This document shows positions 11,241 through 24,375 of a DNA stretch of 64,000 nucleotides, piece by piece. The translations under genes were made by a program, and so were the position numbers. The notes beneath the pieces were generated by a model. That model ran no database searches. It saw only the letters and a program-made list of their open reading frames with translations, and was not told where the DNA came from. Location of the stretch: assembly GCA_020891255.1 (NCBI GenBank), contig BQFW01000008.1, positions 1,798,001-1,862,000 on the forward strand, given 5' to 3'. Numbering within the stretch: the first letter of the stretch is position 1; every line of letters begins with the position of its first letter. Source of the DNA: Entomortierella parvispora E1425. Lineage: Eukaryota; Fungi; Mortierellomycota.

Positions 11241-14200
11241 AAAAGAGTGTCTTACCCCCTCCAACGTTTCTTGCCATCCTCTCCTCTTTTCTATTACTCT
11301 TTTGCATTCAGTTTCTTTTTTTTTTTTTTTTTTTTGTTCATTTCGTTTTATCCCATCGTTCCTGGTGTTAATCTGTAAATAGCGCCCCTTCTACATTGTA
11401 ATTTTATATCACTGTCTTTTTCTTTCTCTGTTTTTCAAAGAAAAAAACAAAAAAATCCAAAAAGGAATAAAAACACGAAACCAAAAAAAAAAAGAATCAC
11501 GAAGACAAAAGCGAGTTTTTGTTGCGCACAGACACAATAGGGAAGTTTTTTTTTTGGATGCTTCCATGGATGGACGCGACTGGCAGCTGACGTGTTCTTT
11601 TTTTATTGCCTAGATCTAGGTTTTTTTGGATTTCATTTCCACAACAAGGAAAGAACAATCAGATCCCGATTTAAAGGCCTGGCCCTTTCTTACATCTTCT
11701 CACTCGTTCTCTATGATTCGATCCACAAAAATGGCCATGGCATTTGTTTAGTGGGTGGAAAAGTCCCGCGGAAGAAGAAGAAAAAGAAGGCAAAGGGATG
11801 GGTGACACAGGAATGAGCAGGCGTAGAATTATGGAATCACTCTTTTTCTTCCATGTTTTGATCTTCTATTATTGTGGCGGAAGAGTCCAAGACTTTTACC
11901 GCGGAAGAATAAAAGGCGATCCTTTGGAAAGCAAGGCAAGGTGAGCGCAACGGCAAGAGTTCTGCCAATTCTATGTGTGCGCTCCGCTTGACATCATTTT
12001 GAGGCGCAACACGACACCAAAAAAACGAATGCTTTGTCCAAAACGGCACTTTTTTTATGCTCCTCTTGACGAAATGGATGTTGTAGGAGTGGACGAACCT
12101 GCATCGTGTTTGTTTGTTACCTGGCTTCCCTCCAAAAGCAATTGGTGGATGGGCGTGGGCGTGTGCGTGTTTGTTTGTTGTTCGCAGTATTTTTTCTTTC
12201 TTTTTTTTCAACCAAACACCACATCTCCATGAATCGGATGCATTTTCGACACTCGATCAGCGACTTGCGGTTGCTGTCGTAATCAACGTAGCAACAACAA
12301 CAACAATCACCTGGCTTTGCGCCTCTTGCCCCTCTTTCTGAGCATGGATAACAACAAAACGGTATTTCGTGCTCCCAAAAAAAAATCACAAACAATCCTT
12401 TGAGAGCATCTGTGCTTGATCTTCTTGCATATATCCTCTTGAGAAAAAAAAAAAAAAAAAAAAAAGGAAAAAAAAAAGGTGAAGCTCGTTTTGAAGGAAG
12501 GGGAAGGATTGGCCCAAATAATATTAAAAAGAGTGAGCGCGATGTTGTCTCTCTTTGCTAAAAGTTCAATGATGCCGAGGGGTTCGCTCGCAATTGCTGT
12601 TTTATTTAGGGAGCCGTGTTGAGAGCAAAGGTTGGCTCACACTCTCACAAAAAAAAAAAAAATCAAAGGAGAGAGAGACCTTTTGGGTCGTGTTCAGGGT
12701 GTCCAGTATGGCAGTCGCAAGTGTCAATTAAAAGTCGCCCCGGTTACCTTGTAAGATGGAGGTGCATCCTTGCTGGCAGGTACTTAGTTTGTGTGGCCCC
12801 GCTGATGAGGAATGCGAATGAGAAAGATAATCTATTGTCTGGTAGGATGAATCGCTCATTGTCTATGTTTTGCATTCTTTTAGTGTTTTTTTTATCTGTT
12901 CATATCTCTGGTACCTTGGTGCGACTATCTGATTCTCTTTGGAGCATTTGTGAACACTGATTGCTCAGCTTGCCCAAAATCCTTGTTCTCTGCTGGGCGA
13001 AAGACATCTCTCATAAGCAGCAAGAAAAGAAAAAAAAAATCAGGTCGGCGATTAGAAAAAAAGAAAGAAAATAGACACCTCGGAATTTGACACGAGATGA
13101 ACGGGGAAGAATCAGGCAAGGATCGGCATCTCTGGTTCAATTGAAAGCCAACATATGCCCTGTTTGTCTTTCTTTCTATCTGCTAAACCCGACCCGCGAC
13201 AATCAGAGAAATCAGAGGGAAAAGGATCTGCGAGATGCTCTACAAAGACGACTCAAAAAAACAAGAGTGAGCTAGAGGCGAACGGGCGGGATACATGCCC
13301 CCTGGGCTGTTTTTTTTTTTCAATAGTCGTGTATACTTTGAGCCGAACGGGCTGTCTGCATGATCGACACTTGAAAAGAAACAACAAAGAAGTGGGCGAA
13401 AGAGAAACAGACTTTGGGTCATCGTGAGATACAGATAGGGTCTGCATTTTTTTTTTTTTTTTTTTTTTTTTTGATCTTTTGAGACCCTTGTCATCACGAA
13501 TTGTTTTTCCTACCTCTCCTTTTATATTCACTGGAGCAATTGAGTGTTAGGTAATGCGGACTATAGAGACTGGCCGATCCCTCCCTGAGAAACGGAGAGT
13601 CAGAAAGATGGAGGAACAATTAAATACAAGACAGAAAGGGTCCATTAGGGAAGGGGCCCTTGCGATCAGGGGAGGGGGGACAAGGAAATAAAAAAGCACT
13701 GGCCAGCCACAGGTGCCAGGATCCTGATTCAGGATCAGGGACCAAATAGGATCGTTGTCATGTCCGCCCACATGCTTTTCGTCAAGACAACAGAGTCCGA
13801 AAGCAAAAAGAAAAGAAAAGACAAGCACCACCCTCGGCATTCAAATACCAATGGATTGGGTTCCCGTCAGCAAGGCCATAGCCACCCCTTTCTCGGTGGC
13901 GGAGAAAAGAATACAGTGAAATGAAATGGTCGGAAAAAAAAGAAGAAAAGACAACAGGTACAACTAGTAGGGTACAATATGCAACCCTGAGCATCATCGT
14001 CATTGTAGTTATTCTATCTGACAAAGAAAAGAACAGAAAAGAGAGAAACCCTTCACCGCTGCGCTGACCACGCACACGCACACGCACACGCACACGGTCG
14101 ATCTGCACCCAGGCACAAGTAGACTCCAGTAAGAGGGGTGGGTGGTGGGCAGTAAAAGTCGTCAAATCTCTTCTGCCCCTGGTCGTCCCCTTTCCGCCCC

Positions 14201-15020
14201 CAACCCAGAACGAGGTCCAAGCGTTTGCTTGCGGAACAGCAACTAGCCGCGCGCGCGTTTTTTTTTTCTTGTCGAGATCTGTTTTGTTGATTGGGTCGTT
14301 TTTGGTCAATGTTGTGTTGTCAGTCTTCCAAGAATAAAAAGAGTCCACAGAACGGGAAATGAAAAAGACCCCTTTCCTGAGTCGTGGTCTTTCCCGCACT
14401 GTTTGTCGGTGTGTCTGTGGGTACGACCGGTGGGGTCTGGTCTGTGTTGCCTGTGGTCTCTGTGTTTCTCCATCTGTATGTCAATCTGCGTGAGTGTATG
14501 TATCGTGCCTGCCTGTTGTGCCTGTCGTCCCTGTCGTGCCTGTCGTGCTGGTCGTGTCTGCCTGCTTTTTTGCTTGTGGTCTGGTCTCTTTTCCATCGTA
14601 TCGTGTCGTGTCTGTCCAGCCCAAGCTGGATTGCAATTGAATGACACTTGTGAGCGAGGTCGAGGAAATAAAGAGAGAGAGAGAGAGAAAAAAAAAAGAA
14701 AAAAAAAAAGAGAGCACTCCTCCATGGTCTCGTACTGTCGCCAGCAAAGAAAGCAAAGCCAGTGCTTACCCTTATTCCCTCGGCCTATCCGCGCGCCCTT
14801 TTGGACCATGATCGCATCATTCGGACCATTGGCCCTCCCCAGTCGGAGAACAAGGGAAGAAGAGCAAGAGAGGGAGAGAGAAGAGAAAGAGAGAAAAAGA
14901 GGTGTTTATCGTGTGCCGATGGATGGGTCCTCTCCTCCCTTCTGGTCCCCTTTTCTGGTCTTCTTTTGCTGTTTTGTTTCATTTTCCTTTTCTCTCTTTC
15001 TCTCTTTCTGTTCGATCCTC

Positions 15021-15148
15021 TTCTTCTTCTTCTTCTTCTTCTTCTTCTTCACTCTCTTCACTCTCTCTCTCTATCTCTCTCTCCATCTCTCTCCATCTCT
15101 CTCTCCACTCTCGAGATCCCCATTCATTCATTCATTCATTCATTCATT
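15021..15148 (+). repeat. Microsatellite cluster (TTC)10, CT-rich tract, (CATT)7 upstream of the RhoGEF gene
   Basis: Read directly: (TTC)10 at 15021-15050, (CATT)7 at 15121-15148. Confidence 0.95.
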
Positions 15149-15655
15149 CTCATTGCTCCATCCCTTTCTTCCTCCAGCAAGTAATGCCCTACGCTCTCCT
15201 CCTCCTCCTCGCCTACTGTCGTTGAGCTGACCGTTTCGTGTTCTAATCCAACGATATATCCCATCCTTCTCCTCTCCTTCTCTCCTCTCGTCTCTTTATC
15301 CATTGGACATCCACAGGAGCATCACTATCCCGCCACGCCTTGGTGCTCTCTCACTCTCACTCTCACTCTCACTCTATTCCTGACTCTTCTCCTCTCTTCT
15401 TCCTGCTCCCCTTCCTCCTCTCTTCTCCTCCCACACCCTCTTCACCTGTCCCCTGCTGCACTGCTTTGACCGTGTACCATTGCTGATTCGTGCGCCTCTG
15501 CGATCCGAATCTCTCTCGACATTCTCCTTCCACGTTGTTGAGAAACAGGCACCCTTGACTCCCTCTGGCCTCCTTCCCTGCACTCCCTGCTCCCCCTGCT
15601 CCCCCTATCTAGTGCACCCCTCACCTCCTCCGTCCACCAGCTGGACCACACTCAC

Positions 15656-18600
15656 ATGAGCTCTGGTACCTGCGCCTATACCCCGCCTCCTCCCCCCACG
15701 AAGCCGTCAGAGCACTCCCAGTCGGCACTCAGGGGTGCACTCCCATCCACCGCCACTCCACTCCCACCCTCCACATCTGAGAATATCGCGATCGCACAGG
15801 GGTCAGGGCCACGACGCGACAGTTGTCAGGGCGACCAGCCTATCAAAAGCACCCCTCCAACGAGTGCCGACCAAGCACCTCAGATCCGTTACTGCTACTT
15901 TATATCTGCCGCATCAGCCGCTAATTCAATCTCGAGGAACCCCTCACTGACCAGGAACTCGGTGTACCTTACCCCTCTGACACAGGGCCAGATGGACAAC
16001 TCGCCCAACGGCACTCAGCCGCGCTCACGCAGCGACGCGACGAGCTCGAGCCTCTTCCTCCTCGGACCCCACCCTCCTCAGATCCAACTGCAATTCCTCG
16101 AGCATGAACCACTCCCACCTCCGTCCTCTACCCTCAATATCGCCCTTGAAACGGCCGAGGAAATCGACTCAGAAGAGGTCCACAGACACTCCTCGGACGC
16201 TGTCATGGTCGAACGCAAAGACAGTGGTTATGGTGGTTCTGTCTCTCGAAGCTCATCCCTGGCTGCCTTTGGACGAGGTATTCGAAAGGTCTTTTGGAAG
16301 ACCTCTGCCAAGGGCTCCATCGAGTCGGTGGTCATTACAGATCCGCCAGTGCTGGATTATGGTATCCCACAGGATGTGCTCGACCATGAAAGTTGGGCCC
16401 AGGATCTGGCCCAGCGCCTCTCGTTGGCATCGGGACCTGACGCAGTGACAGCATGGCTGGGCCAGCTGACTGCAGAAGGCTCGGAAGCCGGCATTGCTTT
16501 GGTGGAGGAGACCGTCAACGTCGCCAATGGTGACAACGACAACATCAATGGTACTCTGATCAGTGCCACCATGATGAACGTACCAGAAGGATCGGCCTCC
16601 TCTGAATCCATGCTGGACATGATCGAGGAGGTCTTCTTCACTCTCCCTGCCTCCGTCCCAACCACCTCTGCCCCAGCCCCAGTCTCAGTCCCTACTCCTT
16701 CTCCAATGAGTTCTGTAGTCGAGCTTGCCAACATTTCAAAGCCGCTGCCACCCACGAAATCGTTCACGGTCCCAGCCCCACCTGCAAAGTCCTTGCGACA
16801 CGTTCTATCGACTGAGCAACTCAACAAGCCTCAGCCCCCTATTCCCACCAGTTCACCTGTAAAGCCTGCGATGAACCAGGCTTCGCGCTCCAATGGCAGC
16901 ACCTCGCCTTTCAACAGCATTGCCAAAAGGTTCACCGTGGCGGATTTTGGCTTTAGAAAAGCGTCGATAGGTAAGCAGGCCGATGCCGCAAAGACCAGAG
17001 GCGAGATTGCCCACGACTTGTTTCATGGCAACAGCGCAGCTGCAGCCTCGACGCCGAGTCTCCGAACCACTGCTGGGTTGGTAAGAGATGTCAACAACGT
17101 GCCGTTGATGAACTCGCCTGATGAACTGGAGGGAGCGTCCTATCTCTCCATCAAGCCAGCCTCGAAGCGATCCAATCGCTTCTTCAAGTCCTTGACAACA
17201 TCGGTGGCGAACGAGATGAAGAACAGTAGGCAAAATGAGGTGCGTCCATTGTCAGAGGTCCTCCTCTCCCACTCGAACCTCAGTCCCGAGGAAATCTCGG
17301 CCGAGATTGTTACTGCTTCTCGTAGTTCATCCTTGCGTTCACCACCTATGCGCCGCTCGGCCCTTCCTCAGTGGGAACAGTCTAGTCCAGCAGTGTCTGC
17401 AGTTCCTACCTTGAGAACAAGCCATTTGAGTGTGAACTCTGTTCTCTCTCCACCTGAGCCTTTGTTCTACAACAAGGGCCGTGCTGCCAGTGCGTCGTCT
17501 CTAGACACATCCTCATGTGGTTCAGTCGAGAGTGGCGATGACTGGGATAGTCTGACTCAGACCATGATCAACCACTCTCAGGCCCAAAACGCTCGCTACA
17601 ACGAGGATCTGAAGGGATTGCAAGCCTTGTTGTTCCAACCTTTGGAGCAGAGTGCGCCTAGCCGCCCTGTCTCGTTCTTGTCCCATTCGACGAATACGTC
17701 CACCGGATCATTGGCGTTGCCTTCGGCCTCTTCATCTCCTGGATCAAGAGACACTACTGTCCATCTCAAACTGACGTCCAAAAAGGACGACTATATGAGC
17801 CATCGCCTTAGCGGCATTTCGTCAAAGGTACTCCCAGTAACAGGCAAATCCAAGCCGAAAAAGAGCCGCTTGAGCATGACCTACGGAGGGGGTGAATTGG
17901 AAGTGGTGAAGTCAGCCAAGGTAAAGTCTTGTTTTCTGAGATCAATCCAGTTTTGTGCGTGCTCTTATAAAAGACAGACGTCTAACCCGCATGCATTTGT
18001 GTTTAGTTTGATACCCCAGAAGCGGTTGCTCGTAACAAAGAGATCCGCAAGTTTATCTCTCAAGAGATCTTTACGACTGAGCAAAACTATCTCCAATACC
18101 TGCACACTGTCCAAGAGGTAATTGCTTTATTGCGCTTTGGTCTTTTCTCATGTGAGAATCCCGGTGTCTTTACTTCAAAGGCTGACCCATGGTTTTATCC
18201 ATCGTTCCCTTCTTGCTTCTCTTCTAGGTCTTTGTGGACCCCTTGTTCAGATCGCTCCAGACGGATAAGCCGTTTATACCCAAGTCCAACGCGCTGTACC
18301 ATCTGCTGAGCCATATTGCTGGTTTGATCGATGTATCAAGCCAATTGACCCAGAGTTTGGAGGATTGTGTCCGAGACGAGGTCTGGTCTGACGATTCGAC
18401 TCTGATCGGCACCATCTTTTTGAACGTGAAGGAGCCCCTGTCCATCTTTTTGAAGTACGGGCAAGCCTATGGCAAAGGCATGAAGGCCCTCCGAACATTG
18501 ATGAAGTCAAAGCGCTCCTCCATCTCTGTCATGCCTTCTCCTTCCCCGTTCTTTGTTCCTGCTTCGACTCTTTCCAGCTGTTCGAGTGCAGGAAGCAACC

Positions 18601-19142
18601 ATCTCGCCGTTCCTGGCGTGGGAGAACCTGCTCCCCGATTGGGAAAGAGACGCTCTTTGCCTTCTCTCTTTTCCCTGAACTCGTCTTCTGCTCCTGCCTC
18701 GTCCTCCATGATGGCCTTTGCTGCTGCTGCTGCTGCCTCAACATCCTCTGCCTCTTCCGCTGCTCACGCGCAAACTCGACGACTGAGCACGGCCTCTTCC
18801 AACTCGACGTCGTCCGTGTCCAGGGCTCTGAGTAGCCATGGATCGATCCATCCCTCAGTGATTTCGTCGACCTCAACGACGATGCCAGCTGAGCCATCAG
18901 AGTTCCAGCGGTTCCTCCAGAACTGTGCGGGTGGCAAGGAGATGACGGGTCGATTCAGCCTTGCGGATCTGTTGATCTTGCCAATCCAGCGTGTGACGCG
19001 CTATTGTCTGTTGCTCAAGGATCTGAAGCGCCACACCCACACGGACCATGAGGACTATGTGGGACTGGTGCACGCACTGGAGCAGCTTCATACTTTGGCC
19101 ATGGCGACCAACAATGTCCAGCCAATGTCGATGCGCCTCTGA
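15656..19142 (+). CDS. RhoGEF (Dbl-homology domain) protein with long Ser/Pro-rich N-terminus; exons 15656-17920, 18007-18117, 18228-19142
   Basis: Spliced IRKFISQEIFTTEQNYLQYLHTVQEVFVDPL resembles DH conserved region 1; SLADLLILPIQRVTRYCLLLKDLKRHT matches conserved region 3. Start codon less certain than the domain call. Confidence 0.85.
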
Positions 19143-19923
19143 GGAAAAAAAAGAAAAGAAAAGAAAAAGGGCAGGCACATCGATCATCATTTTTGACTAT
19201 TTCTCATCTTGCTTTTAGTTGTAGTTTTTTTTTTCCACCACCCTACCCTGTCCTTTCTGCTTTCCCTGCATGCATGTTTTTTTTTTTTTTTTTGTTTGTT
19301 TCTATTGTATATTATATTTGTAAATCTAGCAAAGGAGGAGAAGGAGGAGGAGGAGTGAAGAAAGAAAAAAAAGTAAAAAAAGTTACACATCACCACCATA
19401 CCATACATACCACAGATCGGTTCTTGACTGCAGATCATCCATCTCGAGAAGAAAGAGAAAAAACGTGACTGCCCTTTAAACCTTGTTTTCCGTCTCATTG
19501 TGACCCATCTTGACCGTCGCGTGTGAACGGTGCCAGCATTGGACGGGGCCAATCTTAAGGTTATCGTTGGTCTCGCTTGCCGTCTTTTTTCTCCGTGCGT
19601 GTTGCCCTCCCGTAGACTGGCGAGCTGGCGACAGGGCGAGAAAGGCACTTTCATGGCCTTGGATCGACCCTTCGTTCAAGGTTCGTTCTCGCTCTGTGTC
19701 ACGATGTGTGGCCTATCGTGCCTGTGCTGTCGGCCCAGTCTGTGGACAACATAAAAGGGGACCTTTCCGTCCCTTTCCTCCTCTTCTTTTTCTTCATTAT
19801 CCATCTCTTTCAACTCATCCCTTCCCATTTGCCCTTGTTGCAGACACTCGTCGCTCTCTTACTCTCTCTTACTCTACTTTTCATACCTCTTACCTTTTAC
19901 ACACACACACACACACACACGCA

Positions 19924-20345
19924 ATGTCTGCTACTACTTCTACCAAGGGCCGTGTGCTCCTCGCTTACTCTGGCGGACTCGATACTTCCTGCATTCTCGC
20001 ATGGTTGATCGAACAAGGATACGAGGTTATGTGCTATATGGCCAACGTCGGACAGGAGGAAGACTTTGACGCTGCTGTTATCAAAGCCAAGGGCTGTGGA
20101 GCTACCAAGGTCTTTGTCGAGGATCTCCAGCGCGAGTTTGTCGAGGAATTGATCTACCCTGCCGTCCAGGCCAACACCATCTACGAAGGCGTCTACCTTC
20201 TTGGAACCTCTCTTGCTCGCCCCGTCATTGCCCGTCGCCAGGTAAGAAAAAAGATGCTCCTTACAATCAGACAGTGGGCTTGAACCTTGGCAAAAAAAGA
20301 AACCAGATCTAGACGAACGCCTTGGAAAAGGACGTGTGTGGGAAC

Positions 20346-20382
<37 letters not shown>

Positions 20383-21618
20383 TTATCTTGACCACTAACA
20401 GAGAACCGCCTTTCTGCCTTTTCCATCTTTTCTACCTTGTGTTGGCTACCTCTTTGCGCATATGACCTTCTCGTTCTGTTGGCTGTATCCTCTCTTAGAT
20501 GGAGATTGCTGCTCGCGAGAACTGCCAATACGTTTCCCACGGATGCACCGGAAAGGGTAACGACCAGGTCCGTTTCGAGCTCGCCTACTACGCCCTCAAA
20601 CCCGACATCAAAGTTATTGCCCCATGGCGTGTACCTGGTAAGTTGTAGCTCTCACTGCCCACGATCCGCTTTTCCTTTTCTCTACTTGCCTTTTCGTTGC
20701 TCCTGCTTTACCCCACACGACAGCGAGATATGTCCGGATCTGGACTGCTCTTTTTTCCCCAAATCAAATTGCAGGCGATGAATCATCTTTAACCTTTCGC
20801 CTATCTTTTTTTCTATCAAATCAGAATTCTACGAGCGTTTCCAGGGTCGCAAGGACTTGTTGGCCTTCGCTGAGGAGAAGAACATCCCCGTTGTCCAGAC
20901 CGCTGCCAAGCCCTGGTCGACCGATGAGAACTTGTTCCATATCTCTTACGAGGCCGGTATCCTCGAGGATCCCGATGTGACCCCTCCCAAGGACATGTGG
21001 AAGCTCACTGTCGATCCTGAGGATGCCCCCAACACCCCCGAGCGCATCACCATCGAGTTCACACAGGGCAAGCCCACCAAGGTGATCAACACCACATATG
21101 GCAACAAGGAGGTGACTGGAGGTCTCGAGATCTTCTTGTACTTGAACCAATTGGCTCGTCAGAACGGTATCGGTCGCTTGGATATTGTCGAGAACCGCTT
21201 CATCGGCATCAAGTCCCGCGGTTGCTACGAGACTCCTGGCGGTACCATCTTGCGCGTGGCTCACATGGATCTGGAGGGTCTGACGCTGGATCGTCAGGTC
21301 CGCAACTTGCGCGATCAGTTTGTGACCCCTCAATACTCCAACATCCTCTACAACGGTATGTACTTCTCTCCAGAGTGCGAGTTCTTGTTGTCGTCGATTG
21401 CCGCTTCCCAAAAGACTGTCAACGGTGAGGTTCGCCTGAAGTTGTACAAGGGCAACGTTGTGGTGGAGGGCCGCTCCTCCAAGACCAACAACCTCTACGA
21501 TATGGAGGAATCCTCAATGGATGTCCAAGGAGGATTCTCGCCTTTGGACTCTGAGGGATTCATCAAGATCCAGTCCATCCGCCTCAAGAAGTGGGGTGCC
21601 AACCAGAAGTTGGTCTAA
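19924..21618 (+). CDS. ARG1: Argininosuccinate synthase; exons 19924-20241, 20499-20637, 20825-21618
   Basis: [10 protein letters not shown]; [10 protein letters not shown]; spliced [15 protein letters not shown]; [14 protein letters not shown]; [16 protein letters not shown]. Confidence 0.98.
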
Positions 21619-21665
21619 GTTCCTAAAGCTTTTGCATTTTGAATAAAAATTGTATTTTACACATC

Positions 21666-21676
21666 TGAAAAATTTT
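21666..21676 (+). promoter_or_regulatory. RRPE-like element TGAAAAATTTT upstream of ROK1
   Basis: Exact match to the yeast rRNA-processing-element consensus, ~150 nt before the ATG of a ribosome-biogenesis helicase. It also lies in the AT-rich ARG1 3' region, so chance is possible. Confidence 0.45.
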
Positions 21677-21828
21677 GTGACTGCTTGATTTTGATTGTAA
21701 ACAGTTTTTTTTTTTCTTTTTTTTTTGGTGCCAGCATTCACAAGCATTCTTGACCTTTTGTCTGCATTGCATCCATCCAAGCCCCACTATACCTCTCATT
21801 CCCTTTTCATACACACACACACAACACC

Positions 21829-24102
21829 ATGGACTTGTTTCGGATGCTCGGAGGAGGCGCACGCTTTGACAAAAGGCGTTTCAAGGAGGATATTGAGGTC
21901 TTTCAGCCCAAGGCCGCCGACACTGGCTTGAACGCCGATGCTGAGGCTGCCCTGGCCACAGAGCTCGACTTTTTCAAGAACAAGAAGCCTGCTGCTGCCA
22001 AGAAGGCCGCTCCTGTCAAGAAGGCTGTTGCCAAGAAGGGTATGCCAAACAGTACCTTGGCGACTGGATTGCTGTGGAGGTCTAGAGAAATGCTAACGTT
22101 TGGTTTTGAACCTGTTTCCTCTGCATCTTTAGAAGAGGCCGAGGACAGCGGCGAGAGCAGTGGCGAGGACAAGACGCATGAGGGCGAGTCTGAGGACGAG
22201 GACAGTGGTAGTGACGGAAGCAGCGATGAGGAAGAGGATGAAGAAGAAGATCAGGAGGAAGACGAGTCTTTTGAGGACAAGGAGCAACTCTCGTTGTTCC
22301 GCAACCACTTGAAGATCAGGGTGTACGGAACCGATATCCCCAACCCTTTCAAGTCCTTTGATGGACTGGCAAAGCAATACCAGCTGGACCCTTACCTTCA
22401 GCGCAACATTCTCGGTTCTGGATTCAAAAAGCCTACACCCATTCAGATGCAGGCCATCCCAGTTATTCTCCACGTAAGAAGGATCTCCTACAGTGGAGAG
22501 AGGTCGCTGATGAGCGTTGTGTATTTCAGCGGAAGCTGGACTAGAGATCTGATGAGGGATCCCTTTTATTTTGTTTTTTTTACCTTTAGGGACGTGATCT
22601 TATGGCAATGGCTCCCACAGGTTCAGGAAAGACTATGGCTTTCGTATTACCCATTTTGCACGATTTGAAGGGACCCGAGAAGGTTGGCTACAGAGCTGTT
22701 ATTATCTCTCCCACTCGAGAGTTGGCTACTCAGGTATGAGACTGTTTGGTGAAGAGGCAAATCCATTCCAGTTAATCCAAGGAACGAATCTGACTTTTTT
22801 TTTTAATCGTATCGGAAAATAGATTTTCAACATCATCAAGAAGCTCAGTGTTGGACGCAAGTTCAAGATTTGCATGTTAACAAAGGCTACGGCAGCTACT
22901 CAGGGTCAGGCACCTCATCTTCGCCAGAAATACGACATTCTCATCAGTACACCTCTTCGACTCGTTCACGCCATTCAACAGGAAAAGATGGAGCTTAGCC
23001 AGTACGTTATCATGCTATATCCATATTCCTCTTTGTATTCATAGGGCTTCCGTTCAAACACCCTTGCTAACGTCCACGGCACCTTTTTTTTTTTTTATTA
23101 CAACCAACTAGTGTGCGCCACTTGATTCTGGATGAGGCCGATAAGCTGTTGGAGCAAGGATTCTTGGAGCAGACCGATGAGATTTTTGCCGCTTGTTCAC
23201 ATGCCTCCCTTCAAAAGTCGCTGTTCAGTGCCACTTTGCCGTCGGGTGTCGAGGCTTTGGCCAGCACCTTCATGAGATCGCCTATTCGAATTGTCATTGG
23301 ATCCAAGAACGCAGCTACAGAGACTATTGACCAGAAGCTTGTGTACTGTGGATCGGAAGAAGGAAAGCTCATTGCAATCCGTCAATTGATCCAGGGTGGA
23401 TTGAAGCCACCAGTCCTGATCTTTGTGCAGAGCATTGAGCGTGCCAAGGAGCTGTTCCACGAGCTCATTTATGATGGTATCAATGTGGATGTGATCCATT
23501 CGGAGCGTACAAAGGCCCAGCGTGACAAGATCGTGGAGGGTTTCCGTCAAGGAAAGGTCTGGGTCCTGATTGCCACAGAGCTGATGGCTCGTGGTGTGGA
23601 TTTCAAGGGTGTGAACTTGGTCATCAACTATGATTTCCCCCAGACGGTCCAGTCGTATATCCATCGTATCGGTCGTACCGGTCGTGCTGGACGCAAGGGT
23701 GAAGCCGTGACCTACTTTACGAACGATGATCAGACCTATCTCAAGAGTATTGTCAACGTTATGCGGGAATCTGGATGCGAAGTGGCAGACTGGATGTTGG
23801 CCATGAAGAAGCCAAGGTAACCGGATGAGCTGCTTCTTTTTCTTTTGTGATCACTGTTGTGCGACGGAGCTGCAATCTAACCTTCTACCTCTCTTCATAG
23901 TAAAAACGACAAGAAGAACTTGCGCCAGAGGCCATTGGGACGTAGTGCAATTAATACCATGTCTGGCTATGACAAGAAGAAGATTGCCCACAAACGCGAT
24001 ATGATTGCCAACAGCAAGAAGCGGAAGGCCACGGGCGCTGCTGGAGCCTCCGCGAATGGTGGCTCCAAAAAGAAGAAGGACGCGCCTGCCCCAACAGCCT
24101 AG
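21829..24102 (+). CDS. ROK1: DEAD-box RNA helicase ROK1/DDX52 (18S rRNA processing); exons 21829-22039, 22133-22473, 22590-22733, 22823-23001, 23112-23816, 23901-24102
   Basis: ROK1-type N-terminus [15 protein letters not shown]; Q motif [10 protein letters not shown]; APTGSGKT; LILDEADKL; SAT; ARGVDF; [12 protein letters not shown]. Confidence 0.92.
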
Positions 24103-24375
24103 ATTTTCTCGTAATCTTAGTTCTTTTTACCCCTTCCTCACATTCACTTTGCATAATAACGATTTCATATAAGCGCATATCCATAACAAACATCTGCCTC
24201 GGGATTGTTGAAGTGGGAGCAAGGAGCTGAGAACGGTCTCCTTTGGGCGAACAAACACTGTGATGCATGCGATCTGGAAATGGTGGCTTAGAAAAATCAC
24301 AACTTCAACAGACAATAAAAAAAAAGAAAAAAAAGCTCTCTCCTTGTTCAATGGACCTACTTCACCACTGTCGCC

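Noticed and set aside
9768-11264. 498-aa minus-strand ORF
   Set aside because: Antisense shadow of PTR2 exon 2; no domain features.
13782-15230. Several 140-275 aa ORFs
   Set aside because: Translations of microsatellite and CT/GA-rich DNA (poly-F, poly-S, poly-L), with no coding signature.
20391-20403. CTAAC-AG inside ARG1 intron 1 as an alternative acceptor
   Set aside because: AG directly adjoins the branch motif and its use would frameshift (97 or 95 extra nt); no support without RNA data.
3-21618. ADE6, amino-acid transporter, PTR2 and ARG1 as a nitrogen-metabolism cluster
   Set aside because: Widely spaced, interrupted by a RhoGEF, different pathways, and no shared upstream motif (no clean TGACTC) found.
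22508-22552. TGATGA...CTGA in a ROK1 intron (C/D snoRNA-like)
   Set aside because: Only 45 nt from box C to box D, no C'/D' boxes, and no rRNA guide complementarity that I could recognise.
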